Assembly: GCA_965140415.1 (NCBI GenBank)
Contig: OZ223209.1
Coordinates: forward strand, 1,184,001 to 1,248,000
Direction of reading: 5' to 3'
DNA length: 64,000 nucleotides
Source: Myxococcota bacterium
Lineage (GTDB): Bacteria > Myxococcota_A > SURF-8
A program made the position numbers and the translations under genes. Positions 47,952 to 57,574 of this stretch are shown here, one piece after another; positions within the stretch are counted from its first letter, which is position 1; each line of letters begins with the position of its first letter. The notes beneath the pieces are model-generated. The model made no database searches and was not told the origin of the DNA. It saw only the letters and a list, made by a program, of their open reading frames with translations.

Positions 47952-47963
47952 AAGGAAAAATCA

Positions 47964-48611
47964 ATGATGCGTTCCAGGTTCCCTTTGCATGTTTTCGTGT
48001 TTGTGTTTGCTACTTTGCTTTTAATCAGCGCCTGCGTGACTGGCGATAAAAAAGCCGACAAAAACCCCGCTACCGATGCGCCTCGTAAGCAGCAGGCCCA
48101 AAAGGACCAACTGGATGGTTTCGGTACGCGCAGCCTATCAACCTTTCTGCCGCTGAATCTTGGCAATACCTGGGTGTATCGTCGCTCGTTTTTGGGGGAA
48201 ACGGGGCAACTGACCGTAACGATAGAGAAAAAAGACGAGCAGGGCTTCTATGTAGACAGCCAGGGCGGACGTTTCAAAATTACCAGCCTGGGCATTCGCG
48301 ACGACAATCGCTTTTTGATTATCCCGCCGACGGAAAAGGGAACCCGCTGGCAGGCCCAGGTGGCGCCCAACATTGCGGAGCATTTTGAAATTACGGAAGA
48401 CAATCAAACGGTGACGGTTCCTGCCGGCAGCTATGAACATTGTCTGGTGGTGCAATCCACTACGCGGCTGGATGCCAACACCCGCATGGTCATCACCGTG
48501 ACCTATGCGCCCAAGGTCGGGATTATCCGCAGCGAAACCCGCATGGAAAACAACCAGCGCCGGGTTGCCAACCAGGTCGTGCTGGAACTGGAATCCTACC
48601 AATTCCCCTAG
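47964..48611 (+). CDS. Hypothetical lipoprotein
   Basis: Lipobox ISAC; LPLNLGNTWVY, VTVPAGSY, YAPKVG. Confidence 0.75.
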   Translation: MMRSRFPLHVFVFVFATLLLISACVTGDKKADKNPATDAPRKQQAQKDQLDGFGTRSLSTFLPLNLGNTWVYRRSFLGETGQLTVTIEKKDEQGFYVDSQGGRFKITSLGIRDDNRFLIIPPTEKGTRWQAQVAPNIAEHFEITEDNQTVTVPAGSYEHCLVVQSTTRLDANTRMVITVTYAPKVGIIRSETRMENNQRRVANQVVLELESYQFP

Positions 48612-48640
48612 TGAGATCAGTGGTTTGTTTTAATTCGGGT

Positions 48641-48704
48641 ATGTCGGACAAATATTTTGTCCGACATAAATCGGATTGTCGGTCAGAAAATCTGACCGAC
48701 CTAC
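48641..48704. repeat. REP-like palindromes
   Basis: ATGTCGGACAAATATTTTGTCCGACAT; GTCGGTCAGAAAATCTGACCGACCTAC. Confidence 0.8.
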
Positions 48705-48770
48705 AGGGTAGGAATTATACCAATATCCCAAGTGATATCAGTGGATTATATACGGTGATAGCCGCTGTGC

Positions 48771-49115
48771 TTATTCTTTCGGCGGGTCGGGAATGAGTGG
48801 CTCTAACTGTGCGATCAGGGCGGGAATTTGTTCTTGTACCGTGACCCATACCTGTTCATTATCGACACCATCGTAAAAATGGATTAGTTTGTCCCTCATT
48901 CCGGCGATTTTCTTCCATGGGACTTGAACCTGCTTTTCCCTAAAATCCGCGCTTAAGCGTTTTACCGCTTCTCCCATGACCATGATCTGGTGCAGGACGG
49001 CGTGCACGGTCTTGTCGTCATTGATGAATGTGTCGTAATCGAGACCGTCTACGTATCTCAATATGTTGTGAGCGCAATGCCAGATATCCGTTAGGGTCGC
49101 ATCATCCCGATACAT
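48771..49115 (-). CDS. hepT: HepT-like (DUF86, HEPN) ribonuclease toxin
   Basis: GEAVKRLS, VPWKKIAGMRDKLIHFY (RX4HXY). Confidence 0.92.
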   Translation of the reverse strand: MYRDDATLTDIWHCAHNILRYVDGLDYDTFINDDKTVHAVLHQIMVMGEAVKRLSADFREKQVQVPWKKIAGMRDKLIHFYDGVDNEQVWVTVQEQIPALIAQLEPLIPDPPKE

Positions 49116-49419
49116 GGTATGGCTCCACCGATTCCAGGATGGCCTTTTTTCGGAATGGATTTTTAGACATTTCGATGCTGCGCCGGGTGACCAGATCGAC
49201 CTCCCGCCCGATGATTTCCTTTAACTCGTCTGTCATATCTACCAGTTCAAACAATCCCCATCCAGAATTCGGTGCAAAGGATACCATCACATCCACATCG
49301 GAATCGGGACCGAAGCGATCCGTCAGGACGGAACCGAACAAGGAGAACTCAGTCACCTTCCATTTGGCGCACCATTCGACGATTTTGTCTTTTGGTAGTT
49401 GCATCCGGGGTTCGGACAT
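49102..49419 (-). CDS. mntA: Minimal nucleotidyltransferase antitoxin
   Basis: LFGSVLTDRFGPDSDVD (GSX10DXD), GREVDLV. Confidence 0.92.
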   Translation of the reverse strand: MSEPRMQLPKDKIVEWCAKWKVTEFSLFGSVLTDRFGPDSDVDVMVSFAPNSGWGLFELVDMTDELKEIIGREVDLVTRRSIEMSKNPFRKKAILESVEPYHVSG

Positions 49420-49642
49420 CGTTTGCCTCCTAAGCTTGAAAACCATTATATCATCAAGAATCGACCGCCGCAACGACTCTTGAAAATGGGAAAATTATGG
49501 AGATTTCAAGAATGGAGCTGATGGCAAGTATTCCCCTTTGCCGGTTCGGGGTGTTCCGACCAAGAAGACAAATTCAGGGAGCAGGACGTGAGCCCTGCTC
49601 CTGCGTAAATAACCAGTATATATACGGTGATCGCCGCTGTGG

Positions 49643-50326
49643 TTATTCTTTCGGCGGGTCTTGTTCGCCAAGCTTGAAAATATCGTCTTCCTTGCCGATG
49701 ACGACTAGCACGTCTTCCGGGCGGATTGTGTATTCCGGTTCGGGCATGAACAGAAAGGTGCCCTGATCGGATTGCTTGACGGCGATGATAAAGACTCCGA
49801 AGCGTTTGCGCAGGTTCAATTCAATCAGTGTTTTGCCATGAGTGAAAACCGGAGCAGTCAAATCCATGACCCGGTAGTCCTGCTCGATGGGGAAGAAATC
49901 GATCAAATTCGGATTTAGAATCTGTGCGGCGACGCGGGTTGCGGTGTCGCGTTCCGGGAAAACGACATCCGTTGCGCCGACCGCCGTTAGAATCGAGGCG
50001 TGATCTTCGTTCGTGGCTTTGACCCGAATGGTTTCGATGCCGATCTGCTTGAGATGTAGCGTACACAGCACGCTGGCTTCAAGCGATTCCCCCATACTGA
50101 CGATAGCCTCATCAAAGTCCGCCGTGACCACCGCTTTCAAACTCGCCAGATCTCTGGCGTTCATGCACACCGCCCGCTGAACCTGATCCGCGATGCTGTC
50201 CACGCGCGGCTTGCTTTGATCGATGGCCAGAACTTCCGCATGTTTGGCAAGATCGCGGGCGATCTGTCCGCCGAACTGCCCAAGACCGATAACGGCGATC
50301 TGCTTCCGTTTTCTGTTATGTTTCAT
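49643..50326 (-). CDS. ktrA: TrkA/KtrA potassium uptake regulatory (RCK) subunit
   Basis: IAVIGLGQFG, GATDVVFPE, TrkA-C domain; ATG 50326 overlaps the ktrB stop. Confidence 0.9.
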   Translation of the reverse strand: MKHNRKRKQIAVIGLGQFGGQIARDLAKHAEVLAIDQSKPRVDSIADQVQRAVCMNARDLASLKAVVTADFDEAIVSMGESLEASVLCTLHLKQIGIETIRVKATNEDHASILTAVGATDVVFPERDTATRVAAQILNPNLIDFFPIEQDYRVMDLTAPVFTHGKTLIELNLRKRFGVFIIAVKQSDQGTFLFMPEPEYTIRPEDVLVVIGKEDDIFKLGEQDPPKE

Positions 50327-51672
50327 CCGATCATTACCTTTCCTTCCGGATAGCCGATTCGTTCCTTGCCCATGGGAATCGCCCAGAATGCCAGCGTCAA
50401 CGGTCCAAGCCGCCCGATGAACATCGTCAGAACGATCCAGAGTTGGCCTTCCACACTTAATTGAGGCGTCACGCCGGTAGATAGTCCTACGGTGGCAAAG
50501 GCCGAAATCTGTTCGAACAGCAGGCTTTCCAAATTCGCACCGGGAAGGGCGTGTTCGCTGATAAGGAGAAACAGCGTACCCAGTACATTCCAGATCAGCG
50601 CCAGGCCCATTAAAATAGAGACGCGACGCACGATGTCCACCGGCACGGAGCGTCCGAAAATGACGGTGTCGCTGCGCCCCATCAGGCGGCACTTCAGGCG
50701 AGCCAGCCAGATCGCGGTCGTGGTGGTTTTGATGCCTCCCGCGCAGGAACCGGGAGAGCCACCTACAAACATGAGAATACACATGAAAAACAGGCTGGCC
50801 AGCGGCAGTCGCCCGATCTCGACGGTGTTGAACCCCGCCGTACGCGCCGTCACGGATTGAAACAGAGCGCCCCAGAGACGATCTCCGAAGCCGCTTTCAT
50901 CCGGCGTCATGCCCAAGAGCAGCAGGGCAAGCGCACCGCCGAAAAGCAACACGCCCGAAGCAAGGAATACGATCTTGCTATGGTGGCTCAATGTAATCCG
51001 CGCGGCATCTCGTTTTCGTCTGAAAAAGCCCAGAAATTCGGTCAACGTGAGATGTCCGATGCCGCCCAGCACGATCAACAGCATGATAACGATTACCACG
51101 CCTTTATTGTCTCTCAAGCCGAGCAGGCTGTCAGAATACAGTGAAAATCCGGCATTGCAGAAGGCGGAAACGGAGTGGAACAGCGCCGATCCCAGAACAT
51201 TCAGAGCCGGTCTGTCATGCGGCAGGAAAACAAAGAGCAGCAGTGCGCCCAGGGCTTCTATCGAAAAAGTGAGGATCAGGATACGTTTGAAAAGCGAGTA
51301 GAACTGGTCGGCGGCGTCGCGCTGCAAAAAAGTGTCGGCCAGTGCCGCCTGGGAAGTCAAGGTCAAGCGTCCACCGAGGATTAAAATCGCCAGCCCGGCA
51401 AAGGTCATTACACCAAGTCCGCCGATCTGAATCAGTAGCAGAATCACCGTTTGGCCGAACAGGCTGAAGTCGGTTCCGGTATCCACGACGGCCAGGCCCG
51501 TCACACAGACGGCGGAAGTGGCGGTGAACAGGGCATCCAGCACGCCGACGCGATTCGTTTGATGCGCCCAGGGCAGGGAAAGCAGGAAGGTGCCCAGCCC
51601 GATCAACCCGGCGAAACCCGAGATCAATAAAGCTTGCGGCGACCCGACGAAAAATCGTTTGAAACCTGCCAT
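50323..51672 (-). CDS. ktrB: TrkH/KtrB potassium uptake membrane subunit
   Basis: SAVCVTGL, SAFCNAGF, RTAGF, GGIKTTT, SAFATVGLS. Confidence 0.93.
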   Translation of the reverse strand: MAGFKRFFVGSPQALLISGFAGLIGLGTFLLSLPWAHQTNRVGVLDALFTATSAVCVTGLAVVDTGTDFSLFGQTVILLLIQIGGLGVMTFAGLAILILGGRLTLTSQAALADTFLQRDAADQFYSLFKRILILTFSIEALGALLLFVFLPHDRPALNVLGSALFHSVSAFCNAGFSLYSDSLLGLRDNKGVVIVIMLLIVLGGIGHLTLTEFLGFFRRKRDAARITLSHHSKIVFLASGVLLFGGALALLLLGMTPDESGFGDRLWGALFQSVTARTAGFNTVEIGRLPLASLFFMCILMFVGGSPGSCAGGIKTTTTAIWLARLKCRLMGRSDTVIFGRSVPVDIVRRVSILMGLALIWNVLGTLFLLISEHALPGANLESLLFEQISAFATVGLSTGVTPQLSVEGQLWIVLTMFIGRLGPLTLAFWAIPMGKERIGYPEGKVMIG

Positions 51673-51863
51673 CTACCGTCTTTCCGAATGCTTTTAGGAA
51701 ATGGATGGATCGTCTGTTTAAACCGCTAGAGTCGAAAGTTTATTCCATAACTGGTATTATGCAACAGGAGCAGGACGGGAGCCCTGCTCCTGCGTAAGGG
51801 AATCCCATAATGTTGGAGCAAAGCTCCTGTCTCGCTCCAACATACGGTCCGTGTATGGATCTT

Positions 51864-53303
51864 CTACTCCATTTCGCTGAGCAGTTGTTCCAGGCTGCGG
51901 CCCTTTTCCTGCTCTTCCTGTTCGTATTCTTTCAGTTTGTACTGGATTTTGCGCGGGCTGATTTTCAGAACCTCGCTGGTCCGCTTGGTGGATTTACCCA
52001 TGGCCAGCCAGGTCTTAAGTAGTGCTTCCTGTTCGATTTCCTTGAGTGAGCGACCGACGATCATGCCGGTATTGCTAACGGATTCGCTCTCTTTGTGCAA
52101 GGTCGGCATGTGTTTGGGTAGGATGGTATTGCCGCGCGTCATGATGACCGCTCGTTCGATCACGTTTTCCAATTCGCGAACGTTGCCCGGCCAGTCGTAG
52201 CTCAGCGCCGTCGTCAAGACGTCGTCGTCCATGTCCTGCACTTCTTTTTTGTTCTTTTCCGCATACTTACGGATGAAGTGCTCGATCAGTAACGGGATAT
52301 CCGAGCGCCGCTCACGCAGGGGCGGCAGGTTGATCGGGATGACATTCAGGCGGTAATACAAATCCTCGCGGAAATGTCCCAGCGCGACTTCCTTGTCCAG
52401 CGGACGGTTGGTGGCGGCGATGACGCGGACATCGACCTTGATGGTTTTAGTGCCGCCGACGCGTTCGAATTCGCGCTCCTGTAAAAAGCGCAGAATCTTG
52501 ACCTGGGTGACTTCCGGCATCACGTTGACGTCATCCAAAAACAGGGTGCCGCCGTGCGCCAGTTCGAAGCGTCCTTCCCTGCGACTGAATGCGCCGGTAA
52601 ACGAACCTTTTTCGTGTCCGAAGAGTTCGCTTTCCAATAGCGTTTCGGTAAAGACCGCGCAGTTGACCTTGACGAAGGGACCGTCGGAGCGGGTGGAATT
52701 GCGGTGAATCGCTTCGCCGATCAATTCTTTTCCGGTGCCGGATTCACCGTAGATCAGCACATTGGCAGTGGAGGGCGCGACCTGCTCGATGATTTTGTAT
52801 ATTTCCTGCATATGTGGATGATTACCCACGAGCCGCTCGAACTTCTTGGTGGCTTTGAGTTGCTCGCGCAAATATTGCGTTTCCTCCAGCAGCTGCATTT
52901 TTTCAAAGGCGCGTTTGACGATCAGTTCCAGCTCATCCAGGTTCACCGGTTTGGTCAGATAGCTTTCCGCACCCAGGCTCATGGCATGCACCGCTTCCTT
53001 GATGGTACCATAGGCTGTGAAGAGCACGATCTGAATTGAAGGTCGGATTTCCTTAATCTTTCCAAGTAGTTCAATTCCGGACATTCCTTCCAGGCGAATG
53101 TCGGAAATCACGACGGAGGGTAGATGTTCCAATACGAGTTTCAAGGCATGTTCCGCACGCGCGGCTTCGAACACTTCGTAGCCGACATCGCGCAGATAAT
53201 ACGCAATGGTCGTTCGCGCGGAGGGCTCGTCATCTACCACGACGATGCGCTTGGTGATAAATTGGCGACTATCCAACCCGTCGGTCATGTCATTGTTTTC
53301 CAT
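51864..53303 (-). CDS. sigma54-dependent response regulator (REC-AAA+-HTH, NtrC/AtoC family)
   Basis: VVDDE, ISDI, GESGTGKE, ESELFGHEKGSFTGA, WPGNVRELEN, C-terminal HTH. Confidence 0.95.
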   Translation of the reverse strand: MENNDMTDGLDSRQFITKRIVVVDDEPSARTTIAYYLRDVGYEVFEAARAEHALKLVLEHLPSVVISDIRLEGMSGIELLGKIKEIRPSIQIVLFTAYGTIKEAVHAMSLGAESYLTKPVNLDELELIVKRAFEKMQLLEETQYLREQLKATKKFERLVGNHPHMQEIYKIIEQVAPSTANVLIYGESGTGKELIGEAIHRNSTRSDGPFVKVNCAVFTETLLESELFGHEKGSFTGAFSRREGRFELAHGGTLFLDDVNVMPEVTQVKILRFLQEREFERVGGTKTIKVDVRVIAATNRPLDKEVALGHFREDLYYRLNVIPINLPPLRERRSDIPLLIEHFIRKYAEKNKKEVQDMDDDVLTTALSYDWPGNVRELENVIERAVIMTRGNTILPKHMPTLHKESESVSNTGMIVGRSLKEIEQEALLKTWLAMGKSTKRTSEVLKISPRKIQYKLKEYEQEEQEKGRSLEQLLSEME

Positions 53304-53562
53304 AAGGCAATCCTAGTGATTTCAAGCAACTACAACCTATCATAGCCGGGAAGCAATCAAAGTGCAAGAAGAAAAAGAAGCTGATGCGAAAAAATTGCAC
53401 TGACATCTTCGTAGGCGCAATCCTTGCGTGTGTATTGTGCGCATCCAAGGTTTTCATTCTGCGAAAAATGAACGTGCAGTCAGTTTTTTGAGTGCTGTAT
53501 CCTGCTGTATTCATAAGGGAAATTCTAATATTAAGATCATTTAATACGGAAATCTGCATGGT

Positions 53563-53578
53563 TGGCACGGCGTTTGCG
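53563..53578 (+). promoter_or_regulatory. sigma54 -24/-12 promoter
   Basis: TGGCACGGCGTTTGCG, consensus match with GG-N10-GC; AT-rich tract just upstream. Confidence 0.85.
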
Positions 53579-53588
53579 TATAAATATG

Positions 53589-53820
53589 GGCGTCTGTACC
53601 GCAATGTTCATTGAACCATTTGCCTTTAGTTTGAATCCTTCGGTTGCCCCTACCGTTGGATTCTGCGGCGTTCCTGCAGTATGTAGTATGGAAGGGAACG
53701 TTGCAAGCAGATTCAACGTGCCCCCAATGTGTTGAATCTGTGTAGTACCGTAGCTCAATTAGTAATGTAGTAGACGAGCTGCGAAATTGGCGAGAGGCCT
53801 CCCCCAACTCTCGCCTTTTT
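53589..53820 (+). ncRNA. Candidate sigma54-dependent small RNA with five stem-loops
   Basis: Promoter, no convincing ORF, consecutive hairpins with repeated loop motifs, terminator GGCGAGAG...CTCTCGCCTTTTT. Confidence 0.7.
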
Positions 53821-54181
53821 CATTTTATGCCTATGATTTTTCATCTGTAGGATGGGCATTTGCCATGCCCATCTTTTCCGAGGTGATGGACAAAACAATT
53901 GCCTTCCGTTAGAGCCGGGCTCCCGTCCTGCTCTATACGTTTTGTCTTAGTGTTCGGGACAGGAGTCTCGCCTGGAAGCCGATGGTTCAAGACAGGAGCC
54001 TAGAACCATCCAAAAAGACTTTCCAGAATTGAAATGCTCATCCCAGCGGGGCTTGTCAAGCCCTGACAAAGCAGTTATACTGGGTTATGGAAGCGCTTAT
54101 TTATGTGTGCTGACTCTCGTAACCTCCGTTGCCGCTAGGCGTTTCGCGTATCGGCGTCGGGCCAGGAGAAAGGAGACCGTC

Positions 54182-54577
54182 ATGCAATGGGTGTACCGAT
54201 GTCCGTTCTGCCAGGCACATTTGAACCCCAGCGGGGAACGGGTGGTGCTGCTGGCGGATTGCGAACTGGGTCGGGGCTTGTTCCTTTTCGACGATGAGCC
54301 CGGCAACTACGAATTGACGCTCCCTCTGGATGTCGAGGTTCAACAGGGGCAGGTGTGGGAGTTTCTTTGTCCCGTCTGTCGCAAGAACCTGACCAGCAAG
54401 GCCGATGCCAATATCGCCATGATTCGCCTGACCGACGAGCACCAGGAGGACCACGCGGTCTTTTTTTCCAAGATCGCAGGAGAACGCTGCACCTTCGTCG
54501 TAACGGCGAAGGGCGTGCAGGTTTTCGGTCCCGAAGCGGCGATGTACGAACACCTGCTCTGGAACAAATTCTTCTAG
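54182..54577 (+). CDS. Hypothetical protein with two CxxC motifs
   Basis: AGGAGA RBS; CPFC and CPVC. Confidence 0.8.
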   Translation: MQWVYRCPFCQAHLNPSGERVVLLADCELGRGLFLFDDEPGNYELTLPLDVEVQQGQVWEFLCPVCRKNLTSKADANIAMIRLTDEHQEDHAVFFSKIAGERCTFVVTAKGVQVFGPEAAMYEHLLWNKFF

Positions 54578-54923
54578 GTAACGGGCGGCCATCCTTTTAT
54601 AAGGGGTGAGACAATATCCCTGCGCTTGCTTGTTTCCCCTGTTTGCAATTCAGATTTACGTTTGTGTAAATTTGCTTCTCCGCTACAATGCGTTTAGAGA
54701 TTTTCTTACATTGTGAAGCGGAGCCGAAGATGGGATTCAAGTGGTAGCAGTAGGGTGGTTTTCACTCGACATTTATTTAAACAATAGAAAATTCTTGGAA
54801 TTAGGGGGGAGGGGAGATTATGTTGATCATCGGAATGTGGTATTAACATTTACATGTTCGGATCGTTTCCACGGTTCAATCTTGCTTGTAAGAGTGCTTA
54901 TTTGACGAATTGCGGAGGATACA

Positions 54924-55625
54924 ATGACAAGAGACCGATCGAAGTTCTGGATGGTCTTGGGCGTTGTGGTGTTGATCATGAGTTCGGCGGCGTCCAGCCA
55001 GGGCGAAGTAAAAAGCGCTCTTGGTGAAAGTTGTGTGAGCACAGCGGACTGCATAAGCGGGTTAGTTTGCGCCAATTCAAAATGCGTGGGCAAACTTGAT
55101 GCTGCGAAAAGCTGCGCAAGAACGGCGGACTGCCCGAGGGGCTTGCGATGCATCGACAACAAGTGCATTGCTAAGCAAATATATGGCGCTTGGGTCGACC
55201 CCGTAAGCGGCCTGACCTGGCAGAATCCACCAGCGCAAAAGATGTATGATTGGAAGGATGCTAAAGCTTACTGTTCCCACCTGGAGCTTGGTGGCTATAG
55301 TGACTGGCGGTTGCCTACGATCAGCGAACTTCGGTCCTTGATTCGCCGATGTTCAGCCAATCAGACGGGTGGTAGTTGCAGAGTGACTGATACATGCCTT
55401 TCAAGTAATTTGTGTGACGAAAACTGTCACGCATGTGAAGCTAAAGAGGAACGCTATTACTGGCCGGACGAGATGGAAAAAGCAGGGAATGATACATGGC
55501 AGTTTTTTTGGTCGTCGTCGCCCGTCGAGGACCGCGTCTACAACGTGTGGCTCGTCGGCTTCATCGGCGGCATCGTGTACAACGGCAGCGTCGACGACCC
55601 CAGCAGCGTTCGGTGTGTGAGGTAG
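54924..55625 (+). CDS. Exported DUF1566 (Lcl C-terminal, CLec-fold) protein with Cys-rich N-terminus; putative DGR target
   Basis: DPVSGLTWQ, AKAYC, GGYSDWRLPTISELRSL, FWSSS...VRCVR*. Confidence 0.9.
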   Translation: MTRDRSKFWMVLGVVVLIMSSAASSQGEVKSALGESCVSTADCISGLVCANSKCVGKLDAAKSCARTADCPRGLRCIDNKCIAKQIYGAWVDPVSGLTWQNPPAQKMYDWKDAKAYCSHLELGGYSDWRLPTISELRSLIRRCSANQTGGSCRVTDTCLSSNLCDENCHACEAKEERYYWPDEMEKAGNDTWQFFWSSSPVEDRVYNVWLVGFIGGIVYNGSVDDPSSVRCVR

Positions 55626-55673
55626 TGGCGTAGTCGTAGGTAGGTTACTTTTCACCCGACATTAATTTGGATA

Positions 55674-55760
55674 GTCGGCTCCACTGGAGCCGACCTCCTC
55701 GTTGGAGCATTGACTCCTGCCATGCTCCACAGGTTTTGGTCGGGTCTTCTGACCCGACAC
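55674..55760. repeat. Palindrome cluster (REP-like) downstream of the DUF1566 gene
   Basis: GTCGGCTCC-ACT-GGAGCCGAC; TGGAGCAT...ATGCTCCA; GTCGGGTC-TTCT-GACCCGAC. Confidence 0.75.
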
Positions 55761-55931
55761 TTGAGAGCTTTGAACCATCAAACGTCGAGTGATGGGCAAA
55801 GCAATTGCCCCTCCTACCTAAATTACCCCTTCCAAACTCAGAAAAACCTTGGCCCAACTCCACCCAAGTATGTATAATCACGCCATTCATTTTCGTACCA
55901 CAGCTCGATGACGAATGCAGGAGGAGGCGGC

Positions 55932-57266
55932 ATGGCGACGCAACCCGATCGTGGGCATTGGGGAAGTAAACTGGGATTCGTTCTGGCGGCAGCCGGTTCC
56001 GCCGTAGGTTTGGGAAATATCTGGCGATTTCCATACGTTACCCAGGAAAACGGCGGTGGCGCGTTCGTACTCTTTTACATTCTGGCCATTCTGGTGATCG
56101 GCCTGCCGGTCATGCTAGGCGAATTGACGATCGGTCGCCATAGTCAGAAGAACCCGGTCGGTGCCTATCGCAAGATCGCTCCCAGATGGTCCTTCGTCGG
56201 CGTGTTGGGCGTGGTGACCGGTATTGCGATTCTCTCCTATTATTCCGTAGTTGCAGGTTGGACGCTGGGCTATGTCATCAAGTCCATCGGCGGCGATCTG
56301 GACCCGGCAGCTTTTGGCGGCTTTATCGGTAACGCCCCGTTACAAATTGGCTATCTACTTGTATTCATTACTGTTACCGGGTTCGTAGTTGCACTGGGCG
56401 TGCAGAAGGGCATCGAAAACATGGCCCGCGTGTTGATGCCGCTATTGGTGCTGTTGATGCTTGGCCTGATCGTTCGCGGCTTGATGCAGCCTACCGCCAT
56501 GGACGGGCTGGAATTCTTTCTGCTCCCCAATTTCAGTGCAGTAAGTGGAAAAACCGTATTGTACGCCGTGGGGCAGGCCTTCTTTTCGCTGTCATTGGGT
56601 ATGGGTGTGATGATCACCTACGGTGGTTACATCGAAAAGAAAGACAACCTTGTAACCAGCGCCATTGCCGTGGTCGGCTTCGATACGCTGATCGCCATCA
56701 TGGCCGGTTTTCTGATCTTCCCGCTGATCGGGCATGGCCTGGCTAAAGGCGGGCCGACACTGGTGTTTATCACCATGATCGAGCAATTCAACCAGATGAC
56801 CGGCGGGCGCTGGGTGGCGTTATTGTTCTTCTTCATGCTTGCCGTTGCCGCATTGACGAGCACCGTTTCGCTTTTAGAGGTCGTAACCTCCTATTTCGTG
56901 GACGAATGGAAGCTGACCCGGCGCAAGTCGGTGGTGATCGTGGTGGCCATTTCGGTGGCGCTGGGCATTCCTTCCGCCTTGTCGTTAGGAGCGGTGCCGG
57001 GACTGAGTAACGTGGTGGGCGGTATGGGATTTCTGGATCTGATGGACTTCCTGTTCGGGAACCTCTCGCTTTCTATCGGGGCGTTTTTAATGTGTATTTT
57101 CCTGGTGTATCGTTGGGGAATCCAGAACGCCGCCCAGGAAATACTGGGCAGCGCGCCGGGATTCGCCCCTTATGTAAAAGGTTGGCGAGCATTAATGGGT
57201 GGCATCGTTCCGCTGGCGATTCTGGCCCTGATTCTGTACATGATCGTTACCGGTGGCAGCCTGTAA
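55932..57266 (+). CDS. Sodium-dependent transporter, SNF/NSS family
   Basis: GSAVGLGNIWRFPY, GGGAF, GQAFFSLSLG. Confidence 0.95.
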   Translation: MATQPDRGHWGSKLGFVLAAAGSAVGLGNIWRFPYVTQENGGGAFVLFYILAILVIGLPVMLGELTIGRHSQKNPVGAYRKIAPRWSFVGVLGVVTGIAILSYYSVVAGWTLGYVIKSIGGDLDPAAFGGFIGNAPLQIGYLLVFITVTGFVVALGVQKGIENMARVLMPLLVLLMLGLIVRGLMQPTAMDGLEFFLLPNFSAVSGKTVLYAVGQAFFSLSLGMGVMITYGGYIEKKDNLVTSAIAVVGFDTLIAIMAGFLIFPLIGHGLAKGGPTLVFITMIEQFNQMTGGRWVALLFFFMLAVAALTSTVSLLEVVTSYFVDEWKLTRRKSVVIVVAISVALGIPSALSLGAVPGLSNVVGGMGFLDLMDFLFGNLSLSIGAFLMCIFLVYRWGIQNAAQEILGSAPGFAPYVKGWRALMGGIVPLAILALILYMIVTGGSL

Positions 57267-57412
57267 GGCGAGTAAGTCCGGCGTTGTGAGCCCTGGAATC
57301 CAAGCTTGGAAATGGACGTGCTTTTCGACCGTTTTTGCTTGACAATCTTCTGAAATCATGGTTGACTCACGCGCCTTTGAGTGAGACAAGTTTTTAATGA
57401 TCGAGGTGACAC

Positions 57413-57562
57413 GTGAAACCGACATATAATCCTCATAATAAACGACGGCTAAGAACTCATGGTTTCCGCCTGCGCATGTCGACTGCCAATGGCCGCAAGG
57501 TGCTGGCTCGTCGTCGCGCGAAAGGCCGCAAGCTGCTGAGCGTTACGATCGGGAAGAAATAA
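57413..57562 (+). CDS. rpmH: 50S ribosomal protein L34 (missing from ORF track)
   Basis: GTG start; [40 protein letters not shown]. Confidence 0.97.
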   Translation: MKPTYNPHNKRRLRTHGFRLRMSTANGRKVLARRRAKGRKLLSVTIGKK

Positions 57563-57574
57563 CCGCCGAACGGA

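Noticed and set aside
50327-50782. N-terminal extension of the 379-aa TrkA ORF
   Set aside because: Overlaps ktrB in another frame; the real start is ATG 50326.
55674-55694. Hairpin as a definite DGR retrohoming element
   Set aside because: It also resembles the local GTCGG...CCGAC REP family, so it was not counted as independent evidence.
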